A stretch of 63,952 bases of DNA, the filler included, from Octopus bimaculoides (Eukaryota): assembly GCF_001194135.2 (NCBI RefSeq). It is 8 parts of 7 records of this genome, joined end to end, with 100 filler letters (N's around TTAATTAATTAA, not from the genome) between each part and the next. Parts side by side here need not be neighbours in the genome. Positions count along the whole stretch, not along the records: positions 62,060 to 63,952 come from NW_026407298.1; 7 more parts are not named here. One strand, written 5' to 3'. Positions within the stretch are counted from its first letter, which is position 1, and each line of letters opens with the position of its first letter. Positions 63,741 to 63,952 of the stretch are shown one piece after another. The position numbers were made by a program, and so were the translations under genes. A model generated the notes under the pieces. It ran no database searches, was not told where the DNA came from, and saw nothing but the letters and a program-made list of their open reading frames with translations.

Positions 63741-63952
63741 CTATCATTACCATCAAAATTGCCACCACAACCATCTCTACTATTATCATAAACTACCAAA
63801 CTACCATCACAGTTATCAGTAATACTACCATGACTGTTGCTGCTATCATCATCAACACCAACATTAGCACCACCACAACTATCACCATCATCAACACCAC
63901 CACCACCACCACCATCTTCAGTGATGACTCAAAGATGTGATAGATAACGGGA

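Overview
Eukaryotic, AT-rich, microsatellite-saturated, gappy draft-assembly scaffold. The tRNA-derived SINE families and overall style suggest an octopus genome; this is inference from recalled repeat families and was not verified. Almost all supplied ORFs are artefacts of N-runs or simple repeats. The window appears to be mostly intronic DNA of one unidentified minus-strand multi-exon gene, with small candidate exons at about 57.3, 57.1, 56.9, 54.6, 54.1, 33.3 and 25.2 kb and a terminal exon at 11.7 kb. It is filled with decayed mobile DNA: three or more tRNA-SINE families, RTE and R4/Dong-type (RLE) LINE 3' ends, Penelope-like (PLE) fragments, Gypsy pieces, Tc1, maT, mariner, piggyBac and Merlin remnants, a Helentron-type HINE and MITEs. 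The main signal not explained by ORFs is a dispersed set of minimal type I hammerhead ribozyme motifs from several distinct repeat families. Most have a palindromic or near-palindromic stem III. Two have fully intact catalytic cores (21170-21240 and 49302-49364, both minus strand, i.e. sense to the putative host pre-mRNA); the second lies at the centre of a 630-bp foldback. A second notable signal is an RLE retrotransposon flanked on both sides by (CATA)n, alongside Dong-like copies sitting in (AAT)n.
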